Shown here: one piece after another, positions 1-12,977 of the stretch | Position numbering within the stretch: the stretch's first letter is position 1 | How the letters are laid out: each line of letters starts with the position of its first letter | Origin: Octopus bimaculoides | Taxonomy: Eukaryota | Direction: 5' to 3' | Assembly (NCBI RefSeq): GCF_001194135.2 | Contig: NC_068990.1 | Span: 33,196,358-33,238,539, forward strand | DNA: 42,182 bases | Notes under the pieces: model-generated | Seen by the model: only the letters and a program-made list of their open reading frames with translations | The model's database searches: none | Told to the model about the DNA's origin: nothing | Position numbers and translations under genes: made by a program

Positions 1-100
1 GGAATCGGAGCAGGAGGTGGGGGAGGGGAGAGATGGGTGGTAGGAGGGAGGGTGGGGGAGAGAGACAGGAGGAGGGGGTATATATATATATCCACATATA

Positions 101-146
<46 letters not shown>

Positions 147-474
147 TACATACATGCATACATACATACATAATTACATACATATAGACGTAGACCAAGG
201 CTACATGGTTAAGAATTTGGCACCTCGTGGAATGGTTTCAAGTTCAGTGTTTTATAGGTAGAACAAGGAACGTTTTTGTTTGTAGAAGAATTTGCTCTAG
301 CACTCAGTCACTATCTATATAAAGCAGAGTAGCCATGTTTCTTCACAATAGCAAGACACCTGTGCTTTTCCCTTTGTCATATATTGATCTATCAACACCT
401 GGCACAAAACCACCTTCTCCTCTTAAATACCCTCTCTTACTACTTAAAAGCATGACTTTGTTCTGTTGCATTTT

Positions 475-662
475 CTGTCTTGCAAGTTACTCAGAAACCT
501 CACTAGGGCTGGTGGCATAAAGAAAGCACCCAGTACACACTGTAGATTAGTTGGTGCTAGGAAGGGCATCCAGCTATAAAAGCCATGTGAAAGCTCACAC
601 CAGAGTTTGGCACACAACTCCGTGGTTCACCAGATCTCATCATTAAATGATGATGATGATGA
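475..662 (+). mobile_element. RTE-type LINE 3' end (3' UTR plus (GAT)n tail), degenerate
   Basis: GGTGCTAGGAAGGGCATCCAGCTATAAAAGCCATG...TTAAATGATGATGATGATG matches the 3' ends at 11500-11723 and 13238-13624 (minus). The 11500-11723 copy follows an RTE-like ORF end. Confidence 0.65.
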
Positions 663-2900
663 AGTGGCTTATATGCAGTTGTAACTCATGGAAGGACTGT
701 ATGCAATGGTTAGTGAGAAGTCTGATAGTCAGCAAAACACATATGCAATGAGAGAGAGAGAGATTGTGATATATTCCATTGGAGACATTGTGTGATGTAC
801 CAGTTTATATAACATTGTATTAACAAATATTAGTTTATTTATATATGTATTGTATTGACTTCTTATATAATGAATATTATCTGAGAATCTTTCAACACTA
901 TTAATCTCATCTTCCATGAGATTGTCTGCTACACTCTATTTCAGCTGGTTTTATCTCCAGTGGTCTTTAATATTTTATGGTGAAATACAGGCTTGGTTTG
1001 AACTTACAAACCATTATTCTTAGTTCCAGAGTTTCAGTACTGTTAACCACTTAACCATTGCTCCAGGAGATTTGAAGCAATAAATTATATAATTTTTTGG
1101 ACAAATATATAAACAAAAAAAATAGATTATTAATGAGAAAACTTTCGGCTGCCATAGCCCAAAAAATACAGACAAGTTACAGATATTGTGAATTGTATTG
1201 AATCTTTTGCTGCTACCCTATATCTTGGTTTTGCTACATAACCGATACCGAGAGGATGTTGACTTGATTGCTTGATGATAAATTACATGGATAAGAAGAT
1301 TTAAGTTCCAAGATAAATTCCTATTAATGTTGAGCCAAACTTTAATGAATCAAAGCAGGAAAGAAGTAACAGCCCATTGACACAGGAGACCAGAATATAC
1401 AGTAGCGACAACAAGAGATTGATAGTAACGTAATTATGAGAATCTGTTTAACACAGTAAAGTATACTTCAATCTTTTATCACTAAGGATGGCATTAAGAG
1501 AGAAGCAGTCTATCACTTATAAACCTGGTGTCACCTTCCAAACAACTCAATCTTGCACAAATTAACTAAAAGATACAAGTGAAGTCTACCAAAATGAAGA
1601 TGAATATTGAAATATATACTATAATCCAAACAGCCCAATTCCACTGTGACATTGACAAATTATGGCTGTTGTATCTTAATAAGAATTTCCTACATAAGCA
1701 CATGAATGCTAATATTGGGCCAGGGTATAGCTGATTATATGGTTTTCGATATGTGACTGCTACTTTATTTTATTAATCTTACAAGGATGAACAATAGTTG
1801 ATACAAGTACCATTCAAATATTGGGATATATTAGGGTTGGGTTAGCAAAGAGGAACTAATAAAATAGAATATTTATAAGGCACAAATGAACTTATATCAA
1901 ATTAAAAATAATAGTTAGTCAATGATAATAGTATATTATTAACATCACATCGATGATAACAAATTGTTATCATAGTATCAAATGGTAGTAATAGAAGTAG
2001 TAGTAGTAGTAATATATATTGTTGTTTTCTCTGTATATTGACATCTACAAGATCTCAATTATGTTACTGTCTCAGCATGGTTTACAGGCATCCCTCCATT
2101 TGACTGGTGTAGATTTACAGGCAATCGCAAGCTCTCTCCATCATCAAAATACTGGCCTCAATTTAGACTCATTTATCATTTATCTGGGCTAATTCGCTTT
2201 GCTTTACAGAAACTCTCTTACTGGAGGTGGCTGGTGAACTGAACAGGTCATTGATTATTTTCTGGTGTCTTCTAAATCCTTATTCTCCCCACTCAACACT
2301 TTCAACTGTGCTGTCTATCCAACGTCTCTGTATACACAGCTAAAGCATGTCAACTTTGCAGACCACCCCATTTCCTAATAGACCTATATCTAAGACATTT
2401 AAGACATGCAGACACTAATACTAAACATAATGTTCTTACAGTTGCTGGAAGTAGCCACCAACACCAATACTGGTTCTACAGAGAGTGTGGACAGTTGTAG
2501 TATAGAAACGAAACGACTGACAAACTGCCAAAGAGCAGCAACTGAAGGACAATGCTCATAAAATATGTACCATATGATGATCTTCCAAAAGCAACTTCAC
2601 ATATATAACATTGCCAAAACTGTACTTTAAAGATTAAGTTACCTCTTTATATCCAGAAAATATTTCACTCACCACCACCATTACCACAACTGCTACCACT
2701 ACCACCACCACCATCAGGCTCCTAACTACATTTTATTAAATGATTTATTACTCAATCACAGCAGACATTCCATGCACACATTGTTGTTTTCTTTTAGCCC
2801 TTGGACAGCTCAGATTGAGTAGATCTATTATCGAAGATGTTTCAGCAGTGACTATCCTGTATTGTGTATATCAGAAACTTTACTCTTCAATATCTTCTTT

Positions 2901-3460
2901 TTAACCCTTTAGTATTTAAACCAGACACATCCAGCCCAAATATTCTACCTGTTTTATGTTGAAACTGGCTGGTCTGGCCTCTCACACCTACCCTACAATG
3001 TCATTCTAAAAAATAAACAATTACATCACTGAAATCTTGAATTTATGAGATAATGCATGAAAGGCACGTTGCTCAGTGGTTAGATTGTCGGGCTCACATT
3101 CATGATGTTGTGAGTTTGATTCCTGTATTGAGCTGTGTGTTGTGTTCTTGAGCAAGACACTTTATTTCATGTTGCCCAATTCACTCAGTTGTAGAAATGA
3201 GTTGTGACATCACTGGTGCCAAGCTGTATCGGTCACTGCCTTTCCCTTGGATAACATCAATGACGTGGAGTGGAGAGGATGGTATGCATGGGAAACTGCT
3301 GGTCTTCCATAAAACAACCTTGTCCGGTCTTGTGCTTTGGAGTGGAACTTTCTAGGCGTAATCCCATGGTCATTCATGACCAAAAAGGGTCTTTAATTCA
3401 ATACAATGTAAATAAATAAGCATTACATTTGACAGAGTAATCCAAATGCTAACAGGTTAA
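2901..3460. mobile_element. TTAA-flanked piggyBac-like MITE interrupted by a SINE
   Basis: Left end TTAACCCTTTAGTATTT (2901) and right end AAATGCTAACAGGTTAA (ends 3460) are inverted repeats, 14/17 identical, bounded by TTAA. Confidence 0.6.
3061..3392 (+). mobile_element. tRNA-derived SINE (family C) with CORE/Meta-like central domain
   Basis: A box TTGCTCAGTGG and degenerate B box GAGTTTGATTCC, followed by GTGTTCTTGAGCAAGACACTTTATTTC...CACTCAGTTGTAGAAATGAG, which resembles SINE central domains. Confidence 0.6.
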
Positions 3461-3726
3461 AGATAGTAGGGTGAGCCTTTTAAAAGATATAACTGTTATA
3501 TTTAGCCTGGTCATGTGACTGTATAGAGTCTCTCTCATTGGTTTGTTCTATTTTCCCAATAGGTGTCAGATAACAGAAGTTCAGCTGTATCAGTCACATA
3601 AACATAAGTTCGGATGATATTTATTTTTGAATTTCTGTGGTCAACGAGAAATGGGATTCGAATGAGGAGGTTTTTTAGAGGTGAAAAAGAAACAAAGCGA
3701 CCATACTCTGCTGGAAGAGTAAAACT

Positions 3727-3867
3727 AGTTTCAAATCTTGGCACAAGGCCAGCAAGGTTGGGGGAGGGGACATACTGATTACATCAACCCCAGTGTTCAT
3801 CTGGTACTTGTTTTATTGATTCTGGAAGGATGAAAAGACAAAGTCAACCTCAGCAGAATTTGAACTC
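3727..3867 (-). mobile_element. SINE family B, 3' part
   Basis: TTTCAAATCTTGGCACAAGGCCAG...CCCCAGTG...GGTACTTGTTTTATTGA...AAAGTCAACCTCAGCAGAATTTGAACTC. The same sequence recurs at 4351, 18075, 22660 and 22835. Confidence 0.7.
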
Positions 3868-3887
3868 TACTTCTATATATTTCTTTG

Positions 3888-3970
<83 letters not shown>

Positions 3971-4317
3971 TTATGTATGTATGTATATTTATATAAGGAG
4001 CAACAAGAAACAAATATTGCTTCTCCCTTTTATATATTTTATGGAACAATGTTTAACTTGCACAAACACTAAGAAAAGAATATGTAAATAACTTTGACAA
4101 CTGATTAGCAAAGTATGGAAGTACTGAAGGGAAAGAATGATTAGATTTTGGTTATCACTTCATACATCTTTCATAGAAATAAATAAACAACTACAACAAC
4201 AGCAACAACCAATCATTGCGCTGATATAACAGTGGCAAAACAGTAGAAAATGTTTATAACGAAATATTTAATTAGCTGAGTAGATTATGATTAGTTCACA
4301 ATTTACTGTAGTAGTAG

Positions 4318-4500
4318 TAATAATAATAATAATAATAATAATAATGATGATTCTTTCTACTATAGGCACATTGCCTGAAATTTCTGAAATTTTGCAGTGA
4401 GAGGTATTAGCTGATCACATTGACTCCCGTGTTCAACTGGTACTTTCTTTATTGACCCCAAAAGGGATGTAAGGCAAAGCTGACCTCAGTGGAATTTTAA
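4318..4500 (-). mobile_element. SINE family B, 3' part with (TAA)n
   Basis: Homologous to 3727-3867 and adjacent to a (TAA)n tract. Confidence 0.65.
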
Positions 4501-4612
4501 TATCAAATATAAAGAACTGAAAGAAATGCTGCTAATCATTTTGATTGATGCATTAATGATTCTGACAGCTTGCTGCTTTAATAATAATAATAATGATAAT
4601 GATAATAATAAT

Positions 4613-4795
4613 AACATATATAACATACAGAAAATTGCACTACTGGGTACTGCACACATCCTACGCAAAACACTTTCAATACAGTAACCATAAGAGCATC
4701 ACAGCAAACCACAGCACATACCCAAGGCACACAGAGCTGCGCTCAGTAGTGAAGTGAAAACACGTTATAAAAATAAAACTACTGAATGATGATAA
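4613..4795 (+). mobile_element. R4/Dong-type (REL) non-LTR retrotransposon 3' end, copy 1
   Basis: Translates NIYNIQKIALLGTAHILRKTLSIQ* (stop 4685-4687), then a 3' UTR. Flanked by (TAA/GAT)n. Confidence 0.75.
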
Positions 4796-4811
4796 TGATT
4801 ACAATAACCGC

Positions 4812-5283
4812 TTCATTGATATGACTGTCCCAGTTGACATAAATGTATCTGTCAAGACCTACCAAAACCTGAGCAATTATAAAGATCTTGAAATAGAAAT
4901 TGGCAGAATGTGGAACCTCAAGATTAAAACAATACCTGTTGTCATAAGTGTCCTAGGAATGATAGCAAAAGGGGCTGATTCCTACCTAGCTCAGATACCA
5001 AGAAACCCCCAGAATGGCAGAAATTCAAAAAATAGTGCTCATGGGAACTGCCCATATCCCATGTAAAATACTGTCTATGTAATCCATGATTTTAAAGCAA
5101 ACTCATAATTTTCTTATGCTTTCTCAAACATTTTCTAGAACAATACTATGAGCAAAACGAAATATATGACACCCTAGGCGTAATACCAACTTGAACTTCT
5201 AACTTGTTGTCTCTTGAGGTATCTGGGTGAGACTTGGAGTCAACTTGTACAAATACAAAGCGAAAATCAAACATAATAATAAT
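4812..5283 (+). mobile_element. R4/Dong-type REL endonuclease C-terminus plus 3' UTR, copy 2 (frameshifted)
   Basis: FIDMTVPVDINVSVKTYQNLSNYKDLEIEIGRMWNLKIKTIPVVISVLGMIAKG...(+1 fs)RMAEIQKIVLMGTAHIPCKILSM*. This is a restriction-like endonuclease motif, and the copy ends in (AAT)n. Confidence 0.8.
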
Positions 5284-5732
5284 ATATCTGTAAAGGAATT
5301 TGACAAACTAAGTAAATATAAGGCCCTGGAAATTGAAATACAAAAGATGTGGCATCTTAAACGAAGAACTGTTCCTTTTATTGTAGGTGCCTTAAGTATG
5401 ATAAAAAAGGGATATCAGAAACATCTAGAAAAGATCCCAGGAGAACCATGTCTCAGAGAAATCCAAAAGATTGTACTGACAAGTACTACCAACATCCTTA
5501 GAAAAACCCTATCCATTTAAATGTCTGTGTTATATTACATGAAGATATTTTGCTACTTCCCCTCCCCAAGCTTTTAGTCATACTGTAACATCTCTTGTGC
5601 CCTTCTTACAGCTCTAAGAATTTCTTTAACTCCTATTTCTAGCAATATAGGTGCTTCAGCACACTTAGTCACACTTAGTAACGATTAGATATTTCCTTTA
5701 TGGTATTGCATTGCACCTAGCTGTTTATATAT
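5278..5732 (+). mobile_element. R4/Dong-type REL C-terminus plus 3' UTR, copy 3
   Basis: NNISVKEFDKLSKYKALEIEIQKMWHLKRRTVPFIVGALSMIKKGYQKHLEKIPGEPCLREIQKIVLTSTTNILRKTLSI* (stop 5518-5520). The 3' UTR runs into the gap. Confidence 0.8.
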
Positions 5733-6587
5733 NNNNNNNNNNNNNNNNNNNNNNNNNNNNNNNNNNNNNNNNNNNNNNNNNNNNNNNNNNNNNNNNNNNN
5801 NNNNNNNNNNNNNNNNNNNNNNNNNNNNNNNNNNNNNNNNNNNNNNNNNNNNNNNNNNNNNNNNNNNNNNNNNNNNNNNNNNNNNNNNNNNNNNNNNNNN
5901 NNNNNNNNNNNNNNNNNNNNNNNNNNNNNNNNNNNNNNNNNNNNNNNNNNNNNNNNNNNNNNNNNNNNNNNNNNNNNNNNNNNNNNNNNNNNNNNNNNNN
6001 NNNNNNNNNNNNNNNNNNNNNNNNNNNNNNNNNNNNNNNNNNNNNNNNNNNNNNNNNNNNNNNNNNNNNNNNNNNNNNNNNNNNNNNNNNNNNNNNNNNN
6101 NNNNNNNNNNNNNNNNNNNNNNNNNNNNNNNNNNNNNNNNNNNNNNNNNNNNNNNNNNNNNNNNNNNNNNNNNNNNNNNNNNNNNNNNNNNNNNNNNNNN
6201 NNNNNNNNNNNNNNNNNNNNNNNNNNNNNNNNNNNNNNNNNNNNNNNNNNNNNNNNNNNNNNNNNNNNNNNNNNNNNNNNNNNNNNNNNNNNNNNNNNNN
6301 NNNNNNNNNNNNNNNNNNNNNNNNNNNNNNNNNNNNNNNNNNNNNNNNNNNNNNNNNNNNNNNNNNNNNNNNNNNNNNNNNNNNNNNNNNNNNNNNNNNN
6401 NNNNNNNNNNNNNNNNNNNNNNNNNNNNNNNNNNNNNNNNNNNNNNNNNNNNNNNNNNNNNNNNNNNNNNNNNNNNNNNNNNNNNNNNNNNNNNNNNNNN
6501 NNNNNNNNNNNNNNNNNNNNNNNNNNNNNNNNNNNNNNNNNNNNNNNNNNNNNNNNNNNNNNNNNNNNNNNNNNNNNNNNNNNNNNT

Positions 6588-6820
6588 ATAGACAGCATCA
6601 AGGAGAATAAAGTAAAATCTTTGGGGTTCATAATTAGAGAAAGTGTTTTCCAGAGATAGTTAATAGAAGGTAAAGTGAATGGGAAGAGAGGAAGAAAAAG
6701 GAACAAGAATTACATGGATGGATGAAGGATTGGACAGACTTAAAATCAATGAATACATAAGGAATGCAAAAGGAAGATTAAAATGGCTGTCTATGCTTTT
6801 GAACTTGCAGAGAACCTGTG
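6588..6820 (+). mobile_element. RTE LINE ORF C-terminal fragment (degenerate)
   Basis: IDSIKENKVKSLGFIIRESVFQR*LIEGKVNGKRGR(fs)GTRITWMDEGLDRLKINEYIRNAKGRLKWLSMLLNL resembles the RTE C-terminal FGHxxR...EGKVxGKRxRGRPRxxWxD motif. Confidence 0.65.
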
Positions 6821-7012
6821 TATGTGCTGTGTGTGTGTATGCATTGTGTATGTGTGTGTGTTGTGTGTGTATATTCATGCATATATATGTGTTTATGTGT
6901 GTGTGTGTGTGTGTGTGTGCATCTCTGGTTCCCATATACCATTTGCTTGGCAATATCATTTGAGAGCAGAGTAAATTTTAATATCTTAAAGACGAGACTA
7001 GAAATCTTCTTC

Positions 7013-7185
7013 ATAGGCGCAGGTGTGGTTGTGTGGCAAAAAGCTTGCTTACCAACCATAGTGTTTCAGGTTCAGTCTCACTGTGTGGCACCTTGGACAA
7101 ATAAATGTCTTCTACTGTAGCCTCAGGCTGACCAAAGCCTTGTGAGGGGATTTGGTTGATAGAAACTGAAAGATATCCATCATAT

Positions 7186-7230
<45 letters not shown>

Positions 7231-7565
7231 CATGCACACACGCACATATGTGCATATGTGTATATATGTGTGTGTGTGTATATGTGTATACACACATATG
7301 TGAATATGGGGACATAGACACACCAATCAGTGTTGGTGTGTATATGTGTATACACACATATGTGAATATGGGGACATAGACACACCAATCAGTGTTGGTG
7401 TGTCTATGTCCCCATAACTTAGCAGTTCAACAAAGAAGTTGATAGAATAAGGACTAGACTTTAAAAAATAAGTCCTGAGATCAATTTATTTGACTAAAAC
7501 CCTTCAAGGTGGTGCTCCTGCATGGACACTGTCAAATGACTGAAACAGATAAAAGATGAAAGACA
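7013..7565 (+). mobile_element. SINE family A, full length, central microsatellite with internal duplication and inversion
   Basis: Head ATAGGCGCAGGTGTGGTTGTGTGG...GGTTCAGTCTC (Pol III A/B boxes), central (CA)n, 3' half ending ...ATGACTGAAACAGATAAAAGA. Homologous to 29801 and 35164. Confidence 0.8.
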
Positions 7566-7996
7566 AAAGTATCTTTTTACCATTGCTATACTCAAGCAAA
7601 CTTCATCGGGAGTACTAACTAAATGGCAACACCACCACCACCACCACCACCATCTGTTAGGTTACCATATGTTATGCTAAGATCTCTTGTAATAATTTTG
7701 GACAACATAAGAATGATGTTTATTGTAAACAATACTCAACTGTTATTAAACTATCCTGCCATATGTCCTTTCATAAAATTGTTTGCAGTACTTTTCATAG
7801 AAATATAGTTAGCTTGAGAGGGGTGGGGGTTATGTTGTAAATATGTTTGAAAATAAATAAGTTGATATATGTTGTGTGCAGGAGGAGTGACAAGATCACA
7901 GTGAAAAGTTGTAGCACAGCCATTTTTGATGCACATAAATTTGTTACAGTTGAGCAATCTCTCCGGTGAAATAATAGCTAGTCTGGCATTGTGTTG

Positions 7997-8112
<116 letters not shown>

Positions 8113-10718
8113 AACAGAAATACCAAGAACATTCAGAGGACCATGAAATAAATCAGGCTATATTAGATATCTAGCAATAATACATAGTGTAGGAAATTTT
8201 AAAATGTCTCATTTATCATATCACACTCCTCAATACATATGTGAACATTCAAAACTAATGTTATATTCTGTTCAACTTTTAATTCTCAATATTCAGGTTA
8301 TATTTGTTTGAATACAACAGCCTCCCCTCCATCACTTATGGCAAGTCACTAAGTCTTTGATAAAAACAAAATCTATAATGGAATTATGTTCAGACGTTGC
8401 TTTGACATTTCATCATGGAAACAATGTTGTAGTTTGCATATGACAAGCAAAAGCCAAAAAGTCAGTTTAACAATCTTAACAATCTCTGGAGAGAGGACAC
8501 AAACTTGGCACAAACTTACTCTTAACAAGTCTCAGCTTGCTTCCAGAGTTCTCCACTGCCAACACGTTCCTTATACATGAAAGCACCACTTATCAACAAT
8601 CCATTGGTTTTCCAGTGAGGTCTAGACCTAGCAAGACCCTGGTGATCCTAGTACTGGATAATCTGCAATGCAGGGTGATGCATTTTAAATGACACAACAC
8701 ATTGTACCAAATTTGAAGCCATAAAAAAAAATCAGAAATCTTCAAGGCCTTCAAAAACATTACATTTGATACTGAATATACAAAAAATCGAGGGCCCTCT
8801 AAACCTTCTTTCTTTACCATGTCTTTCCTTCAGGGTAGATCAAAATTCATTTCCAGGAGAAAGAAGTGAAAATTATCTTTCACCAAGAGCAATTTAATTC
8901 TTCCAGATTCTGTATACCCACGAAGCTTGAAGCCCTACATAGCAATGAAGAAACATTTTTCATATGACCAGGTGTGGCAAGACTGTAGGCATTCTCTGTA
9001 CAGAAATTCGTCAAAGAAATGCCATCTATAAAAGGTTACAGGCAGTGAAGTTGGGCTGGTGATGCCACAGCATGGTGGTAGGGGAAAAACAGAGACACAG
9101 AGCACCAGGCACTGGTACCATCCAGGTGGATAGTAGCAAAAATAATGACAGAGAAAAGAGACACAAAAATGAAAAGAATGACCAAAATGGATTTATGTCA
9201 ATTTGCTATAGGAGGAGGTAGGAGACGGAAAATAGATTAAGATGCTATGAAAATAGATCTGATCTCCTTGTGAGAATAACAAGTCTATGACAGCATCTGT
9301 CCTTTGGCCAGTACAAGAACCAGCAAGAGATTTGCCATATTAGCCACTGTCCAATCAAGTCAGAGAAGGAATCACCAGTGAGTGACTGACCACTGGGACT
9401 AAGAACCAATGTTGCTTACAGATTATCTTGTCAACATAGAAACATGTTGGATCAACAAAACAACAAATACATATCAAAATAGTAGAACCTTTTTACAAGG
9501 TAACATCATTTAGTACAGTATTCCAGTGCAAAGAAATCTGCCAAAGAAATACATAATACAGGTCTTAGAGGACACATTTTGTAAACCTCTGTATTGGCAT
9601 ATTCTATTTGGTGTATCTTAGAAGAAATGCTAAATATATGTCTCTGGAGTGAAGAGTTGAACAAAGAAATACATATTTAATATTTCTGAGCAATAAAGAT
9701 AATTCCACATTTACAACCCTTTGTTTATCAATAATAAAACTAATCAGCCCATATGATAATATGAGCTGATTGGTGTTGCTATTGACAAATGTGCTCAAGA
9801 AAAACATTACAACTTATACCTGCAGAAAAATTTCTATTCCGTTTTTTATATTAGTTTACCTGTCTATTCATCACATAAATTTCACAGCACCTACATGCTA
9901 TTTACCCCGTAGCTTGTGTGTCTTTTCACTGGAATTGTTGCATTGTTGTTTTACTAAAGGTTTTGCAGTAAGGAACTCAGCAGCTACCAGCTCCTACTAT
10001 ATTTTTCATTTTAATATTTCTAGTTGTTGCTCAATGCTAGGCCAAACTTAAAAGCAAACTTAAGTTCAGAAGCAGGCAACCATGACCAATTGAACCTGTA
10101 TTTTTTTTTTTTTTTGTATATCTTATGCTATTTCATCAACTGTGTCCTTCTTTTTCAAGAGGGTAGTTGTGATCTGAGATTTGGTCATTATTTCTGGCTG
10201 GTTTATCAACCATGTAAGTGGCTCCCTCCTAGTCTCATAATTTGTCAAGTGGTTTTCAAAGGATTGAAGTATTAAAGTTAGTTACACTCCAATGTGATGA
10301 AGGTCAGAAAAAAAAAAAACCTAAGAAGTGATGGACTATAAAATGACACTAATATATTTATAAAACTAATGTGAATAATTTATCTCTGCACCTTGTTTTC
10401 CTTATATTATTTTTTCCCTGACTTTTTGAGTAGTGTTGCAGTTATTCTACTTAGTGATTCTCTTATCACTATTTTGACATGTATGATAAAGTATATGCTT
10501 CGATGAAAAGGTCCAATATGACAGAAACATGTTGAGAGTCATCTCTTGTAATTGCTGAAAGGATTAATATAATATCAGTCATTGAAGCTAACAGTCTCCT
10601 CACTGCATTCTCTGTTTCTAATTAGACATTCTGATGTTTATTACAAATTAGTGTAGGGCCCAACCACTTAATTAATTAAAAGATAACCTAGAATGGTAAA
10701 GTTGTTATTGTTGTTATT

Positions 10719-11723
10719 ATAAGAGGCATCAGACTTAGTGTGCAAGAGGGAAGACTGCATTAGTACGGTCATGTGATGCAGATGAATGAAGACAGCTACA
10801 TAAAGAACTGATCTCCAAATGTGGCAGAGACCTGTAGAAGAGGAAGAGCCAGGAAGTGGTGGAAAATGATCTTCATATGTTGAGCCTCACACAAGAAATG
10901 ACAAAGGACAGGGGCAATTAGGAATTTGTTGTGCTTGAGAAGATCTGTGCAGTTAAGAAAATGAAGGCCTAAAAGGTGTGGCTCTTATGTTCATGCTCCC
11001 ACAGATAGTGATATGTCTTTGATAAACCTCTCACCTACATCCAATCTTCCCGCCAGCTCCATCTCCACCCACCTGTGTTCACAACTTACTGTATTCCTTA
11101 CCCTTCATCTCCCAATCTCTCTTGCAAGCTCACCTGTACATTCTGTCCCTGTCAAATCTCTTCTCCACAACATATCCTCCTAACGACCCCTTTTCTCTAT
11201 CTTTGCCCCCCACCACCTCTCACTCTCCTTTTGCAACCTCATAAACTTATCCACCTCCTCACTCTATTCAATCCCTACACTGTCTTATCTCCTCTCTCTT
11301 CCTCTCTGTCTGTCTGTCTGTCTGTCTGTCTCTCCAGTCTCTCTCCAACTGTATAACCAGATATCTCCTCTATTATACAATATCTATTTCTGTTCTTCTA
11401 TTCATACTTTAATTTCTGATCACCTGTCATAAAATCACCTCATCCTTACTACCATCCTTTCTCAGTTGAGAGGGGTCTTATCTTGCAAGTTACTTGGTGA
11501 CCTCACAGTTGTTCCTGCCATATAAAAAAAAACTACCCAGTATGCACTGTGAAGTGGTTTGTGTTAGAAAGGGCATTTAGTCTTAGAAACCATACCAGAT
11601 TAGACAGCAGAGCTTGGTGAAGTGTTTTGACTCGTCAGCTCATGTAAATTTGAGCAAATGCAATGCCAGCATGGAAGGAGGACATTAAATGATGATAATG
11701 ATGATGATGATGATGATGATGAT
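10719..11723 (+). mobile_element. 5'-truncated RTE LINE: ORF end, pyrimidine-rich 3' UTR, (GAT)n tail
   Basis: IRGIRLSVQEGRLH*YGHVMQMNEDSYIKN*SPNVAETCRRGRARKWW matches the RTE RLRWYGHVxRM...RGRPRKTW motif. Ends GCCAGCATGGAAGGAGGACATTAAAT(GAT)n. Confidence 0.8.
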
Positions 11724-12597
11724 ATACAATAGTTTCTGTCTACCATATTCAGTTCCCAAGGTATTGATTAACCCAAGGTATTGATTAACCCAAGGTTATG
11801 GAAGCACAAACTTAGAACAACATGGTTGTAAACATGAACTTCTAAACCACAATGCCATGATTACAAATTTTTGAAGCAAATTCCTCAATGGTTATCAATT
11901 ACGACTGAAGACTTTTGTTCCAAAAATTCTTATTTGGTTGTTCCAGCAGTGTTTTAAAAAAAAGCTTAAATATTGTATGACTTTCTTTTTTATTTTAATT
12001 TGTATTTGCACTTTGTAATTACTTAATTAGGTTTACAATGTTTAAGTAGAAATTAATAAATTAAATATTTTTGTTGCTTCTTAGAGTTAACTTTTGGGAT
12101 AGTATTAAATTTTATTTTGTCTTGTTATCTTCTTCAATAAGTTAAAGTGTTGGGAGAGATAAATATATAATTGTTATCTTTATCTTTAAATGTGAAATCT
12201 ATTCATTCATTTAACTTGTCAATAAGTATATTATCTTCTTTGTGGATAAAGTGCTAAAGACATATATTGTAAGTATATACTAAGTTTTTATTTTCTAGTT
12301 ATTTACCTTATTTAGAATATGAACAGCTATCTTTGTACTACTTTGTGTTAACCAAAATCTGTTCTACTGTTTATCTGTTAACAAAACATTATGTATGATC
12401 AGACATTTAAATACACAGTAAATCACAGTTGATATTTGTTTAATACTACATTATTTTAAGACAGAGATTTCTTTGCAACTAGCTATATATCTTAATTCTT
12501 AAGAATGTTTTAAGAATTCCAGTATTACTTTTTCTACATTCTGTTATTTCTTATCTTACAGAGGTATCACACACATATATGCATCTATATCTATCTA

Positions 12598-12599
<2 letters not shown>

Positions 12600-12635
<36 letters not shown>

Positions 12636-12664
12636 TATGTATATACAGATGTGTGTGTCTATGT

Positions 12665-12746
<82 letters not shown>
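12600..12746. repeat. Compound (TA)n/(TG)n microsatellite
   Basis: Direct reading. Confidence 0.9.
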
Positions 12747-12748
<2 letters not shown>

Positions 12749-12977
12749 GTCAGGATTATCTCAACATAGTATACATTTTGATAAGTAATCTCTGCCATAC
12801 TTTTGCATAGCCTTATCTATGGAAATGAGTACAAATAACTTTATACTTACTTCTAGCACTCAATGACATTCACTTTACTTGACTACTGGATTATGATTAT
12901 TCTGCCATCGAATCAACAGTCAAATGTTTGTAGAGTTTCAATGCAATGGGTTATAAGTTCATATCTCTGCCTGCTGT

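Noticed and set aside
8300-9480. About 1.2 kb of complex, non-microsatellite sequence with faint DIRS/RT-like peptide words
   Set aside because: Stops occur in all frames and I found no diagnostic motif (such as YLDD). It may be an old element, but I cannot support a call.
10160-10213. Possible 54-nt plus-strand exon (GSCDLRFGHYFWLVYQP) with a GTAAGT donor
   Set aside because: AAG acceptor, unrecognised peptide, and such matches are expected by chance in 42 kb.
11755-11795. 17-nt direct repeats (and 18-nt repeats at 40685-40721) as CRISPR-like arrays
   Set aside because: They are adjacent tandem duplications without spacers in a eukaryotic context.
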